A DNA stretch of 32,000 bases from Candidatus Kuenenia stuttgartensis (GTDB taxonomy: Bacteria > Planctomycetota > Brocadiia > Brocadiales > Brocadiaceae), in NCBI RefSeq assembly GCF_900232105.1, contig NZ_LT934425.1:3510001-3542000 (forward strand). Reading direction: 5' to 3'. Below the pieces are notes generated by a model. That model saw only the letters and a list, made by a program, of their open reading frames with translations. It did not search any database and had not been told where the DNA came from. Below, one piece after another: positions 1-8,978 of the stretch (within the stretch, counting starts at the first letter, position 1; every line of letters starts with the position of its first letter). A program made the position numbers and the translations under genes.

Positions 1-2958
1 GTGGGCAGGAAAAATTTATTTATCACCGGCAGTAGCAACCTGACAAAGGCGGGCATTACTACACAGGAAGAGTTTAATGTCGAGATAAGCGATTTTGGTT
101 TTGATGATGCAGAGGCATATTTCGACAACTTATGGGACGAGGCGGTAAAAATAACCGAAGATGATGTTATTAAAAAGAGATTAATAGACATCATTGAAAA
201 TGAGACCCTTGTTAAAGACATTACCCCATTTGAAGCCTTTGTTCTGGTCTTAAAAACATACCTTGATTCGTTTGAGCAGAAAGAAGTCAGCCAATCGCTT
301 GTTAACACATTGGAAGAAAACGGCTACACCCCCTATAAATATCAGTTGGATGCGGTAAAACAAGCCCTTGCAATCATTGAAAATAATAACGGCGTAATCA
401 TTGCGGATGTTGTCGGTTTGGGCAAGACGGTCATTGCCTGTGCAGTCGCAAGAGAACTGAAAAGGCGCGGCGTTGTTATTTGTCCTCCGGGTCTTGTTGG
501 GGACAGAAACAAAAACTCCGGCTGGAGAAAATATACGGAAGATTTTGGCCTTTACGATTGGGAAGTACGGTCGTTGGGCGATTTGGAAAATATTGCAGAT
601 TTTGTAAGCAGGGCAAAAGATATTGATGTGGTGATCGTGGATGAAGCCCATCGTTTCAGAAACCAGGATACACAGGATTACGAGTATCTGAAAAACATCT
701 GCCGCAATAAGATTGTTATTTTACTCACCGCTACACCCTTTAATAACAGGCCGGGTGATATTTTGTCCTTGCTAAAGCTATTCATAACACCAAAGAAATC
801 GTCAATAACATTGGAAAATAACCTTGTCGGTAAATTCGCTGAGTTCAAAGGCGTTTTCGACAGGCTTGCTTACATCAAAAAATACCGGATCTCGTCAAAT
901 GAAGCTAAAAGAAAAAAAACAGAAAATTATTATACAGCGCTTTTTGGCGAATTGCCGGTCAATTTAACAAAAATAAAAAAACGTTCGCACTATCTTGCAA
1001 GACAAATCAGGGATGTAATAGAACCCGTTACCATCCGCCGTAATCGCCTTGATCTGCAGAAAAACCCTTATTACAAAGATGAGGTCAAAAATCTGTCCAT
1101 AATCGAAGACCCGAAAGAATGGTTTTTTGAATTGACCAAAGAACAGTCGGCATTTTACGACCGGATCATTCGTGATTATTTCGGCGACCCGGACGAGGGT
1201 GGGCGATTCAATGGCGCAATCTATCGCCCCTTTGAATACAAAACCCAACTTGATAAAATCGTCGGGGAGAAATTAACGGAAAAGGAAAATTTTCAATATA
1301 TCCAGCAGCGCAACTTGTACGACTTTATGCGGCGCTTGCTGGTGAAACGCTTTGAAAGTTCGTTTGGGTCTTTCAGACAGAGTATTGAGAATTTCAGGAA
1401 GATTACAGAGAATATCTCAAGGTTTATTGAGAAAACAAACAGGTATATCCTTGACCGTACTCTTTTTGAGAAAATATATGACCTTGATATGGAACAAATC
1501 GAGGAGTATTTAAAGGATTACTCTGAGCGGATAAGAAAGGGAGATTATCCCAAAAATCATGAAGTTTACGAGGTCAGTAAATTTACATATAAAGACGACT
1601 TCCTTGCCCACATAAAAGCCGATTTAGTCCTCTTTGACAGTATTCTGCAGGAATTATCAGGATTAAATTTGGTGGATAACGATCCAAAAGCAAATTGCCT
1701 GTTGAAGAACATCAATGACGTTTTAAATAAAAGACCAAACAAAGGCGAACCAAGACGAAAGGTAATCATCTTTTCCGAATATCTGGATACTGTGAAATAT
1801 CTTGAGCCTATACTTGAAAAACACTTTGGGGAAAGACTTTTAGTAGTGGCGGGGGATTTGTCGGCGCACAAAATATCCCTGATCAATAAAAACTTTGACG
1901 CCTCTTATTCTACATTAATAAAGGGGGATGAAGGGGGTTGTCCTGATCAGGAAGAGGCATACGACATTCTGCTTGCTACAGACAGGATTTCCGAGGGCTT
2001 TAATCTGAACCGCGCCGGGATGGTTATTAACTATGATATCCCATGGAATCCTGTACGGGTAATCCAGCGAGTAGGCCGCATAAACCGCATCAGTAAAAAA
2101 GTTTTTGACAAGCTTTATATTGTAAATTTCTTCCCAACCGAAAAAGGCTCTGAGCTGGTTAAATCGCGTGAGATTGCCAGCAACAAGATGTTTTTGATCC
2201 ATAATACCTTAGGTGAAGACGCCAGGATATTTGACATAGATGAGGAGCCTACACCTGCCGGGCTATACGAAAGAATCCGGCAAAACCCGGATAATATTGA
2301 ACAAGAAAGCTTTTATACCAGGGTACTTGCCATTTACTCAGAAATCAAAAAAGAAAATCATGGACTTATTGACGACTTAAAAAATTATCCTCTGCGGGTA
2401 AAAGTTGCTAAAAAAGCCGATGAGAACGAACTTTTGGTTTTCTTCAAAAAGGGAAGGATGTATATCCACCGTATAAAATATGACGCCGGAAAGGAAGGCG
2501 GGATAACGCAGACAACCCTTGAGGAAATCTTTGATAATATTGCATGCGACAAAAACGAAACCAGGCTCCCCTTAAGCAGTTCGTTCTGGGAATTTTATGA
2601 AAAAGTAAAAATATTCAGAGAACACCGATATAGTCCTCCAGGTGAAGTAAGCTTAGAGCAAAAGGCATTGAATAATATCAACACTTTTATAAAAAAACCA
2701 TGGGAAGGGCTGCTCCCGCATTTGGATTTCCTGAGAACATTGAGGGAGGATATGCTGGACTACGGTACGCTATCTGACTACACATTGCGCCGCATTGCCA
2801 ATTTAACAAATTCCGATGATAATAATCGCAAAAAAGCCATTCAGGAAATATCAGCCCTGAAAAACGAACTTGGGGATGACTATTTGCGAAGAGAAAAGGA
2901 ATGGCAGAAGAATCTTGTCAGAGAAATTATTATTGCAATAGAGAACCAGAATATATGA
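1..2958 (+). CDS. PLD-domain tail fused to SNF2-family (SF2) helicase, 5'-partial (continues upstream of window)
   Basis: One uninterrupted 985-codon frame is open from base 1. The first residues 'LFITGSSNLTKAGI..EFNVE' look like the end of a PLD/HKD-type domain. Helicase motifs can be read directly: I 'DVVGLGKT', II 'VIVDEAHRFRN', III 'LLTATPFNN', V/VI 'LLATDRISEGFNLNRAG...IQRVGRINR'. The TGA stop at 2956-2958 overlaps the next ATG. Confidence 0.9.
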   Translation: MGRKNLFITGSSNLTKAGITTQEEFNVEISDFGFDDAEAYFDNLWDEAVKITEDDVIKKRLIDIIENETLVKDITPFEAFVLVLKTYLDSFEQKEVSQSLVNTLEENGYTPYKYQLDAVKQALAIIENNNGVIIADVVGLGKTVIACAVARELKRRGVVICPPGLVGDRNKNSGWRKYTEDFGLYDWEVRSLGDLENIADFVSRAKDIDVVIVDEAHRFRNQDTQDYEYLKNICRNKIVILLTATPFNNRPGDILSLLKLFITPKKSSITLENNLVGKFAEFKGVFDRLAYIKKYRISSNEAKRKKTENYYTALFGELPVNLTKIKKRSHYLARQIRDVIEPVTIRRNRLDLQKNPYYKDEVKNLSIIEDPKEWFFELTKEQSAFYDRIIRDYFGDPDEGGRFNGAIYRPFEYKTQLDKIVGEKLTEKENFQYIQQRNLYDFMRRLLVKRFESSFGSFRQSIENFRKITENISRFIEKTNRYILDRTLFEKIYDLDMEQIEEYLKDYSERIRKGDYPKNHEVYEVSKFTYKDDFLAHIKADLVLFDSILQELSGLNLVDNDPKANCLLKNINDVLNKRPNKGEPRRKVIIFSEYLDTVKYLEPILEKHFGERLLVVAGDLSAHKISLINKNFDASYSTLIKGDEGGCPDQEEAYDILLATDRISEGFNLNRAGMVINYDIPWNPVRVIQRVGRINRISKKVFDKLYIVNFFPTEKGSELVKSREIASNKMFLIHNTLGEDARIFDIDEEPTPAGLYERIRQNPDNIEQESFYTRVLAIYSEIKKENHGLIDDLKNYPLRVKVAKKADENELLVFFKKGRMYIHRIKYDAGKEGGITQTTLEEIFDNIACDKNETRLPLSSSFWEFYEKVKIFREHRYSPPGEVSLEQKALNNINTFIKKPWEGLLPHLDFLRTLREDMLDYGTLSDYTLRRIANLTNSDDNNRKKAIQEISALKNELGDDYLRREKEWQKNLVREIIIAIENQNI

Positions 2959-3593
2959 GCAAAACAGATACGCAATTTGATAAAGGCGAAATTATAATTT
3001 ATCAATCCTCTGAAAAAGAGATTGAGTTAAAAGTGCGCCTGGAAAATGAAACAGTCTGGCTTACACAAAGTCAAATTGCTTTATTGTTTGGCACCCAAAG
3101 ACCAGCTATAACTAAACATATCAATAATATTTTTAAATCTGGTGAATTAAATAAAGATTCAGTTAGTTCCATTTTGGAACATACTGCCGCTGATGGCAAA
3201 ACCTATAAAACCCAATTTTATAATTTGGATACTATTGTTTCCATAGGATACCGCGTAAATTCCAAACGCGCCACGCAGTTTAGAATCTGGGCAACTAGTG
3301 TGATTAAACTGTATCTTGTTAAAGGCTATGCAATTAATCAGAAACGATTGTTAGAAACAAAGGAAAAGTTTAAAGAGCTTCAGGAAACTATATCATTTCT
3401 GCATAAGAAATCAAAACATGAGTTGTTAAGCGGGCAAGGCTCGGAAATATTAAACTTACTTGCCAGCTATTCCAAAACGCTTACACTGCTTGAGCAATAC
3501 TATAAAGAAAAACTTGCTATTATTAAAAAGAAAAAAGGGAAATTTGTTTTGGATTACAAAAAGGCACGTTTTGTTATTGATGAAGCAAGGTAG
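2955..3593 (+). CDS. RhuM-family domain protein
   Basis: The ATG at 2955 overlaps the helicase stop (ATGA at 2955-2958). The ORF-track start at 2901 lies inside the helicase gene. 'LTQSQIALLFGTQRPAITKHINNIF' and 'SIGYRVNSKRATQFRIWAT' match my recollection of the RhuM family. The ORF ends at TAG 3591-3593, which is in frame with the following ORF. Confidence 0.8.
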   Translation: MSKTDTQFDKGEIIIYQSSEKEIELKVRLENETVWLTQSQIALLFGTQRPAITKHINNIFKSGELNKDSVSSILEHTAADGKTYKTQFYNLDTIVSIGYRVNSKRATQFRIWATSVIKLYLVKGYAINQKRLLETKEKFKELQETISFLHKKSKHELLSGQGSEILNLLASYSKTLTLLEQYYKEKLAIIKKKKGKFVLDYKKARFVIDEAR

Positions 3594-3632
3594 GCGTTAA
3601 TTATCAAAAAAGAAGCGAGTGATTTATTTGGA

Positions 3633-3959
3633 TTGGAAAACAGTGATAGATTTAAGGGAATCTTGGGATGTATTTATCAAACCTTTGATGGCAATGAATT
3701 ATATCCATGTTTAGAGGAAAAGGCTGCTCATGTGCTGTATTTGGTTATTAAAGACCATCCCTTTGTTGACGGCAACAAACGTATCGCCTCACTTTTATTT
3801 GTTTATTTTCTGCAGAGAAATAAATATCTGTATCGCACTAATGGCGAACAGAAGATAAATGATAACGCATTGGTTGCCCTTGCGCTTTTAATAGCCGAGA
3901 GCGACGCTAAAGACAAAGATATTTTAATAAAAATCATTACAAACCTTTTAAACGATTGA
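3633..3959 (+). CDS. Fic/DOC-family domain protein with Doc-type motif (death-on-curing-like)
   Basis: 'HPFVDGNKRIASLL' is the Fic core HxFx(D/E)GN(G/K)R in its Doc (lysine) variant. The ORF-track start is TTG and no ATG is available. It shares the reading frame of the RhuM ORF, and codons 3594-3632 (ALIIKKEASDLFG) are open, so the 5' boundary is uncertain. Confidence 0.7.
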   Translation: MENSDRFKGILGCIYQTFDGNELYPCLEEKAAHVLYLVIKDHPFVDGNKRIASLLFVYFLQRNKYLYRTNGEQKINDNALVALALLIAESDAKDKDILIKIITNLLND

Positions 3960-3970
3960 TGATCAGAGAA

Positions 3971-6241
3971 ATGTTAGAAGATATTATTACAGAATTTAAG
4001 GAAATTCGTCCGTTTCTTCCGTGAGAAAAACCGCAATGCCTTTGCGCCGGTAACAGAGGACTTGTCTCAATATGGCGATGATTATTTCGGGAACGGATCA
4101 AAACTTGGTGAAATCAGGTTTGCCCAAGAGGAGAAGATGCTTGTCTGCGCCTTTGAAGCATGCAAGCCACTTTCAGAGCGAAGCGGTAAAAAGGCGCAGT
4201 ATGAAAAAGGGAAAAAAATCCTCAAAGACAACCAGACAGATGCCGGGTTTTTATTTTTTACGATACAGATAATAACTTCCGTTTTAGTTTAATCTATGCG
4301 GAATATCAGGGTGTAAAACGCAAATTCAGCTATTTCAAACGCCTCACGTTCTTTGTAAGCCCAAGACTTACCAACAAGACATTTCTTCAACAGATAGGCG
4401 AAGCCGACTTTTCCAACCTTGAAGGTATCAAAAAGGCATTTTCAGTTGAGCCTGTAACAAAGCAGTTTTACGGAGAACTTCAATACTGGTATTTCTGGGC
4501 AATGGACAAGATTAAATTCCCCGATGATTATAAATACAGCAATGACCCCGCAAAAGACAAAGAGATACGCAATGCAACAAATCTCATCCGATTAATCACA
4601 AGGATCGTATTCATCTGGTTCTTAACAGAAAAGGACAAGGACTTAATCCCTCTGGAATTATTCTCAACGGAGAAACTCAGTAAAATTGTAAAAGACTTTA
4701 TGAAAGACAAAAAAGCATCTAACTTTTACAACACAATCCTCCAAAATCTCTTCTTCGGCACATTAAATCAAAAGATGGACGAACGGAAATTTGTACAAGA
4801 AAGAGGTTTCCAGACACATAAAAAAGAATACGGAGTGAAAAATCTTTTTCGCTATGCAGATAAATTCCTGGTAAGCAAAGATAATGTTCTGGAACTCTTT
4901 AAAAACATTCCCTTCTTAAACGGTGGATTATTTGATTGCCTTGATAAAGAAGATGAATCAGGCAAAGTGATTTATGTGGATGGGTTTTCAAGAAATCAGG
5001 CAAAGCAATCAATTATCCCTGACTATCTGTTCTTTCAGCAGGAGGGAGAAAGAGTTGATCTTTCAAATTATGGCCTTGGCGTCAGCAGACCTGTCATGGG
5101 ACTGATTGCGATTCTGAATAGTTACAATTTTACCATTGACGAAAACACACCGATTGATCAGGAAATAGCCCTTGACCCCGAACTTTTAGGGAAGGTATTT
5201 GAAAACCTCCTGGCTTCTTACAACCCTGAGACAGCAACCACAGCAAGAAAAGCTACTGGAAGCTATTATACTCCACGAGAGATTGTTGACTATATGGTGG
5301 AAGAGAGCTTGTTTGCATACCTCAAAGGCAACCTATTTGAAACTGAAGAAGATAAAATCAGGAGGCTTCTTTCCTATTCAGAAGAGATTCCGGAATTTTC
5401 TGAATCGGAGAGGCAAAAGATAATCTCGACAATTGATGATATCAAGATTCTTGACCCTGCTTGCGGCTCAGGCGCATTTCCAATGGGAATTCTTCACAAA
5501 CTTGTCTATGTCCTTCAAAAGTTGGACCCTGAAAATAAATACTGGTATGAGCTTCAATATCAAAAGGCGCTTAAAGAATCTAAAGAGGTCTTTAAGCAGG
5601 ACAATAAAAACGAAAGGCAGGAAAGGCTTGGAGAGATAAATGAGACATTTGATGAGGGTATAAACTATCCTGACTATGCCCGCAAACTGTATTTGATAGA
5701 AAACTGTATATATGGAGTTGACATTCAGCCCATAGCTATCCAAATTTCAAAACTCCGATTCTTTATCTCGCTTGTTTTAGACCAAAAGGCTGACAGGGGC
5801 AAAGAAAATTTTGGAATCAGGGCATTACCAAATCTTGAGACAAAATTTGTAGCAGCAAACACATTGATAGGGCTTGATAGACCTAAGCAATTGACAATTA
5901 AGAACCCTGTCATTAAAAAAAAGGAAAAAGAGCTGAAACAAATCAGACATAAATACTTTGAGGCAAAGACAAGAAAAGAGAAATTGGATAGTCAAAAAAA
6001 GGATAAACAAATCCGCAAGGAGATTGCTGATTTATTAAAGCACAGTGGATGGGACACTTCCACGGCAGAAAAGATTGCAACCTTTGACCTCTATGACCAG
6101 AACGCTTCGGCAGACTGGTTTGACCCTGAGTGGATGTTCGGCATAGTAGTAGAGACAGGTTTTAAACCTGTCTCTACGATCAACGCCAACGACCAACCGC
6201 CAGCCTGTGTTTACCACCGCAATGGAAACAAACAATGGTAG
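3971..6241 (+). pseudogene. gamma-class N6-adenine DNA methyltransferase (Eco57I / Type IIG / PglX / DrmMI-like), frameshifted and 3'-truncated
   Basis: Three frame segments join into one protein-like sequence. Frame 2 starts at ATG 3971 ('MLEDIITEFKE..') and stops at 4022-4024. Frame 3 is open 3978-4292 ('FVRFFREKNRNAFAPVTEDLSQYGDDYFGNG...QTDAGF'). Frame 2 is open 4205-6241 ('FIFYDTDNNFRFSLIYAEYQGVKRKFSYFKRLTFFV...'). 'TGSYYTPREIVDYMV' and motif I 'ILDPACGSGAFP' are present. No (D/N)PPY motif IV or target-recognition domain follows. The family-like sequence stops at '..ADWFDPEWMFGI' near 6145. Confidence 0.75.
6149..6177. repeat. GTAG-headed palindrome (14-bp arms): gtagagacaggttt t aaacctgtctctac
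   Basis: Reverse-complement symmetry was read directly. The palindrome sits exactly where the methyltransferase-like sequence ends. It shares the leading 'catagtag' with the palindrome at 27569-27604. Confidence 0.8.
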
Positions 6242-6380
6242 CGTGTTAAGGAACACAAATGACATTTAAATAAACTTCTGCCTAAGTTCTCGTCGTCTGT
6301 TTCTACTCTACTGTCTGTGGTTCGAAAAACTCACCGAAAAAAAGTGACCATTTATTTTTTAAAAGTAGAAATATACCCTT

Positions 6381-6409
6381 TTGACATGCCTGGTTAAATC
6401 GGCTATCAT
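6381..6409 (+). promoter_or_regulatory. candidate sigma70-type promoter upstream of the two-component operon
   Basis: TTGACA (6381-6386), a 17-nt spacer, then TATCAT (6404-6409). This lies about 220 nt upstream of the response-regulator ATG. It is a sequence match only. Confidence 0.3.
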
Positions 6410-6568
6410 TGATCTAAAACTGTTATCACTGGAGGCTGACATGGTACGTACGCTATAAGCTATGCGCTGAATAGTTACGATATCCCTCAGAGTTGATAAG
6501 AACACCCTATAAGACCTGTCGTTTGCCGTGACACGCTATTTTGCCTTTGCCAAATGCCGATAAATCGC

Positions 6569-6603
6569 AGTCAGTACCACGAGCATAGCTGATGGTACTG
6601 ACT
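6569..6603 (+). other. perfect 11-bp-stem hairpin in the leader of the response-regulator gene
   Basis: agtcagtacca (6569-6579) and tggtactgact (6593-6603) are exact reverse complements with a 13-nt loop. The hairpin lies 30 nt before ATG 6633. Confidence 0.5.
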
Positions 6604-6632
6604 TATTAAGTTATTCAATAAGGTATGCAGGA

Positions 6633-7304
6633 ATGAGAATTTTAGTAATAGAGGATGAAAAAAAGTTAGCCAACTATCTTAAAAAAGGCCTGGAGGAACA
6701 CCATTTTGCCGTTGATACATGCAATGATGGTGAAGAAGGACTATTTATGATTAATTCGCATGCGTATGACCTTGTCGTCCTAGACATCATGCTTCCCCTG
6801 ATGGACGGCTTTGAAATCCTGCGTACGGCAAGGAAGAGCGGCCTAAGAATGCCATTTCTTTTATTGACGGCAAAGGATGCCATTGAGGACAAAGTACGTG
6901 GATTAGACTTAGGGGCCGATGATTACCTCGTAAAACCATTTTCTTTTATTGAATTGACAGCACGCATACGGGCCTTAATTCGACGGGGAAAGGTCCATTA
7001 TCAAACAAAATTAACGGTTGCAGACCTTTCTCTGGATTTAGCAACACACCGCCTTTATAGAAACGGAGAGACAATAGACCTTACCAATAAAGAATTTGCC
7101 TTGTTGGAGTTTTTCCTGAGGAATCTTAATATCGTATTAACCAGGACACAAATCACAGAACATGTATGGGATTACAATTTCGACAGTTTTACCAATGTCG
7201 TGGATGTCTTTGTGAATCGATTGAGAAATAAAATTGACAAAAACCGGGAAACCAAACTCATACACACCATAAAGGGTGTAGGCTATATAATGAAAGAGAA
7301 ATAA
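6633..7304 (+). CDS. OmpR-family response regulator, CusR/CopR-like (heavy-metal-type subfamily)
   Basis: The receiver domain reads 'MRILVIEDEKKLANYLKKGL...DLVVLDIMLP...LLLTA...GADDYLVKPFSF.EL.ARIRALIRRG'. The winged-helix region reads 'LTNKEFALLEFFLRN...TIKGVGY'. Both are closely collinear with E. coli CusR as I remember it. Confidence 0.9.
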   Translation: MRILVIEDEKKLANYLKKGLEEHHFAVDTCNDGEEGLFMINSHAYDLVVLDIMLPLMDGFEILRTARKSGLRMPFLLLTAKDAIEDKVRGLDLGADDYLVKPFSFIELTARIRALIRRGKVHYQTKLTVADLSLDLATHRLYRNGETIDLTNKEFALLEFFLRNLNIVLTRTQITEHVWDYNFDSFTNVVDVFVNRLRNKIDKNRETKLIHTIKGVGYIMKEK

Positions 7305-7306
7305 TT

Positions 7307-8695
7307 TTGATATCCTGGACAATTCGCACCAAACTTACCTTCTGGTACACCTGCATTTTGGGGGGTACATTATTCCTCTTTGGTATTCTCACGTATGTTA
7401 CCTTTTCTTATGTAAACAGCAAAAGCATTGATATCGGGCTGAAAGAGGAGGCCGACGGCATTGTACATTATGCGCAGCTCAGTAAGAATAATCTGGAAGA
7501 ATATGCAATCCGTATTTCAAAGGAAAGCGGAGAGGAGTGGGCACATGAAAAATATGTTGCAATTCTTGATCACACAGGAAATGTTCAATTCCTGTCGAGC
7601 AGTACTGCAGATAACTACCTGCATTTAAGCAGTCACCAGATAAAAGACATTCTTTCAGGAAAGCCCTATTACAAGACAGTTAAAAACGCAAAGGGTCATC
7701 CTTTGCGTATTATTACGATGGCCATGGATGATGGCAAACAAATGATTCAGATCGGATTTGTTTTTAAAAAGGATAAAACTTCAAGAACGTTTTTAATGCT
7801 GCTTATGTCTTTAGGAGGCTTTGCAATTGTTGGCAGTTTACTGGGAGGCCGCTTGATGGCGAAAAAGGCATTGAAACCAGTAGAACATATGATACAGGAA
7901 CTTCGCAATATTCAGACTGAACACCTGAATGAAAGACTGACAGTCCACCCGGCGAAAGATGAAATGAACAATCTTGCAACCGTAATAAACAGCATGTTGT
8001 CCCGTCTGGAAGATTCATTTAGCCAGGTCCGTCAGTTTACCGCGGATGCCTCTCATGAATTGCGCACGCCGATAACCATTATGAAAACAGGAATAGAAGT
8101 TGCCTTACGCAAAGGAAGAACTGCGCTGAACTATCAACGGATTCTTGCCAATACGCTTGAGGACCTTGAAAGACTTTCCAAGATTGTAGAAAATCTCTTT
8201 ATTTTAGCAAAGGCGGATGCAAAGCGATATGAAATGCATAGGGAACGGATGAATCTAAGTAATGTCATTACGGATATTGCCGACCAACTCATGCTCATCG
8301 CCGAAGCAAAGCATATTTCCGTATCAATAGAAAAGACTGAAGATGCATTTATTGCTGGAGATGAGCTACTAATGAGAATGCTTTTCCTGAATCTCATAGA
8401 TAATGCCATAAAATATACCCCCCAGAAAGGTTCAATCAGTCTGACCCTTTCCAAAAACGCCGATTTTGTAAGAGTGGCTCTCAAAGACAGTGGGATAGGC
8501 ATTTCAAGGGAAGAACTTCCTTATATATTCGACCGTTTTTATAGGGCAAATAAAGCCCGTAGTGCAGATACCAGCGGGGGAGGGCTCGGACTCAGTATCT
8601 GCCAATGGATTATCAAATCTCATCATGGCAATATCATTGTGAAAAGCAAACTCCATAAGGGCAGTACTTTTACCATTACCCTGCCTGCCTGTTAA
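7307..8695 (+). CDS. sensor histidine kinase (CusS-like architecture: 2 TM, periplasmic domain, HAMP, HisKA, HATPase)
   Basis: The H-box is 'FTADASHELRTPITIM'. The N, G1 and G2 regions are 'NLIDNAIKYTP', 'DSGIGI' and 'GGGLGLSICQ'. The start is TTG, 2 nt after the regulator stop. Confidence 0.88.
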   Translation: MISWTIRTKLTFWYTCILGGTLFLFGILTYVTFSYVNSKSIDIGLKEEADGIVHYAQLSKNNLEEYAIRISKESGEEWAHEKYVAILDHTGNVQFLSSSTADNYLHLSSHQIKDILSGKPYYKTVKNAKGHPLRIITMAMDDGKQMIQIGFVFKKDKTSRTFLMLLMSLGGFAIVGSLLGGRLMAKKALKPVEHMIQELRNIQTEHLNERLTVHPAKDEMNNLATVINSMLSRLEDSFSQVRQFTADASHELRTPITIMKTGIEVALRKGRTALNYQRILANTLEDLERLSKIVENLFILAKADAKRYEMHRERMNLSNVITDIADQLMLIAEAKHISVSIEKTEDAFIAGDELLMRMLFLNLIDNAIKYTPQKGSISLTLSKNADFVRVALKDSGIGISREELPYIFDRFYRANKARSADTSGGGLGLSICQWIIKSHHGNIIVKSKLHKGSTFTITLPAC

Positions 8696-8978
8696 AAACA
8701 GCAAAATGTTGAAAGATTAACTTTCTGTTTATTTTAGCTTTATCTTTATATTTATCTTACATAACGAAATCAGGAATCAAGTCCATCGCGCTTGGCGCAT
8801 ACGCCAAAAACCATGATCAGTATAATTTTTGCATCTCTCGGAGCTCGCGGGTCTTGCACAAACCCTGAACAATGGATATCATTCCAACATTGATCGGGAA
8901 AGCAGGGGGGGTATAAAATAAGCTTTTTAGATTTCTTTCTTAAGTGGGATTTTCACCGCATAAACACAATTATCCGTT

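Noticed and set aside
4062-4292. ORF-track entries 4062-4292 and 4072-4272 could be read as independent small genes.
   Set aside because: The 4062-4292 entry is the N-terminal frame segment of the frameshifted methyltransferase, since its sequence continues seamlessly into the 4205-6241 frame. The 4072-4272 entry is an overlapping alternative frame with basic low-complexity sequence.
6465-6479. An exact 15-mer, cgctgaatagttacg, is shared between 6465-6479 and 23108-23122.
   Set aside because: With about 5x10^8 position pairs in 32 kb and 4^15 of about 10^9, roughly one such match is expected by chance. The flanks show no further similarity.
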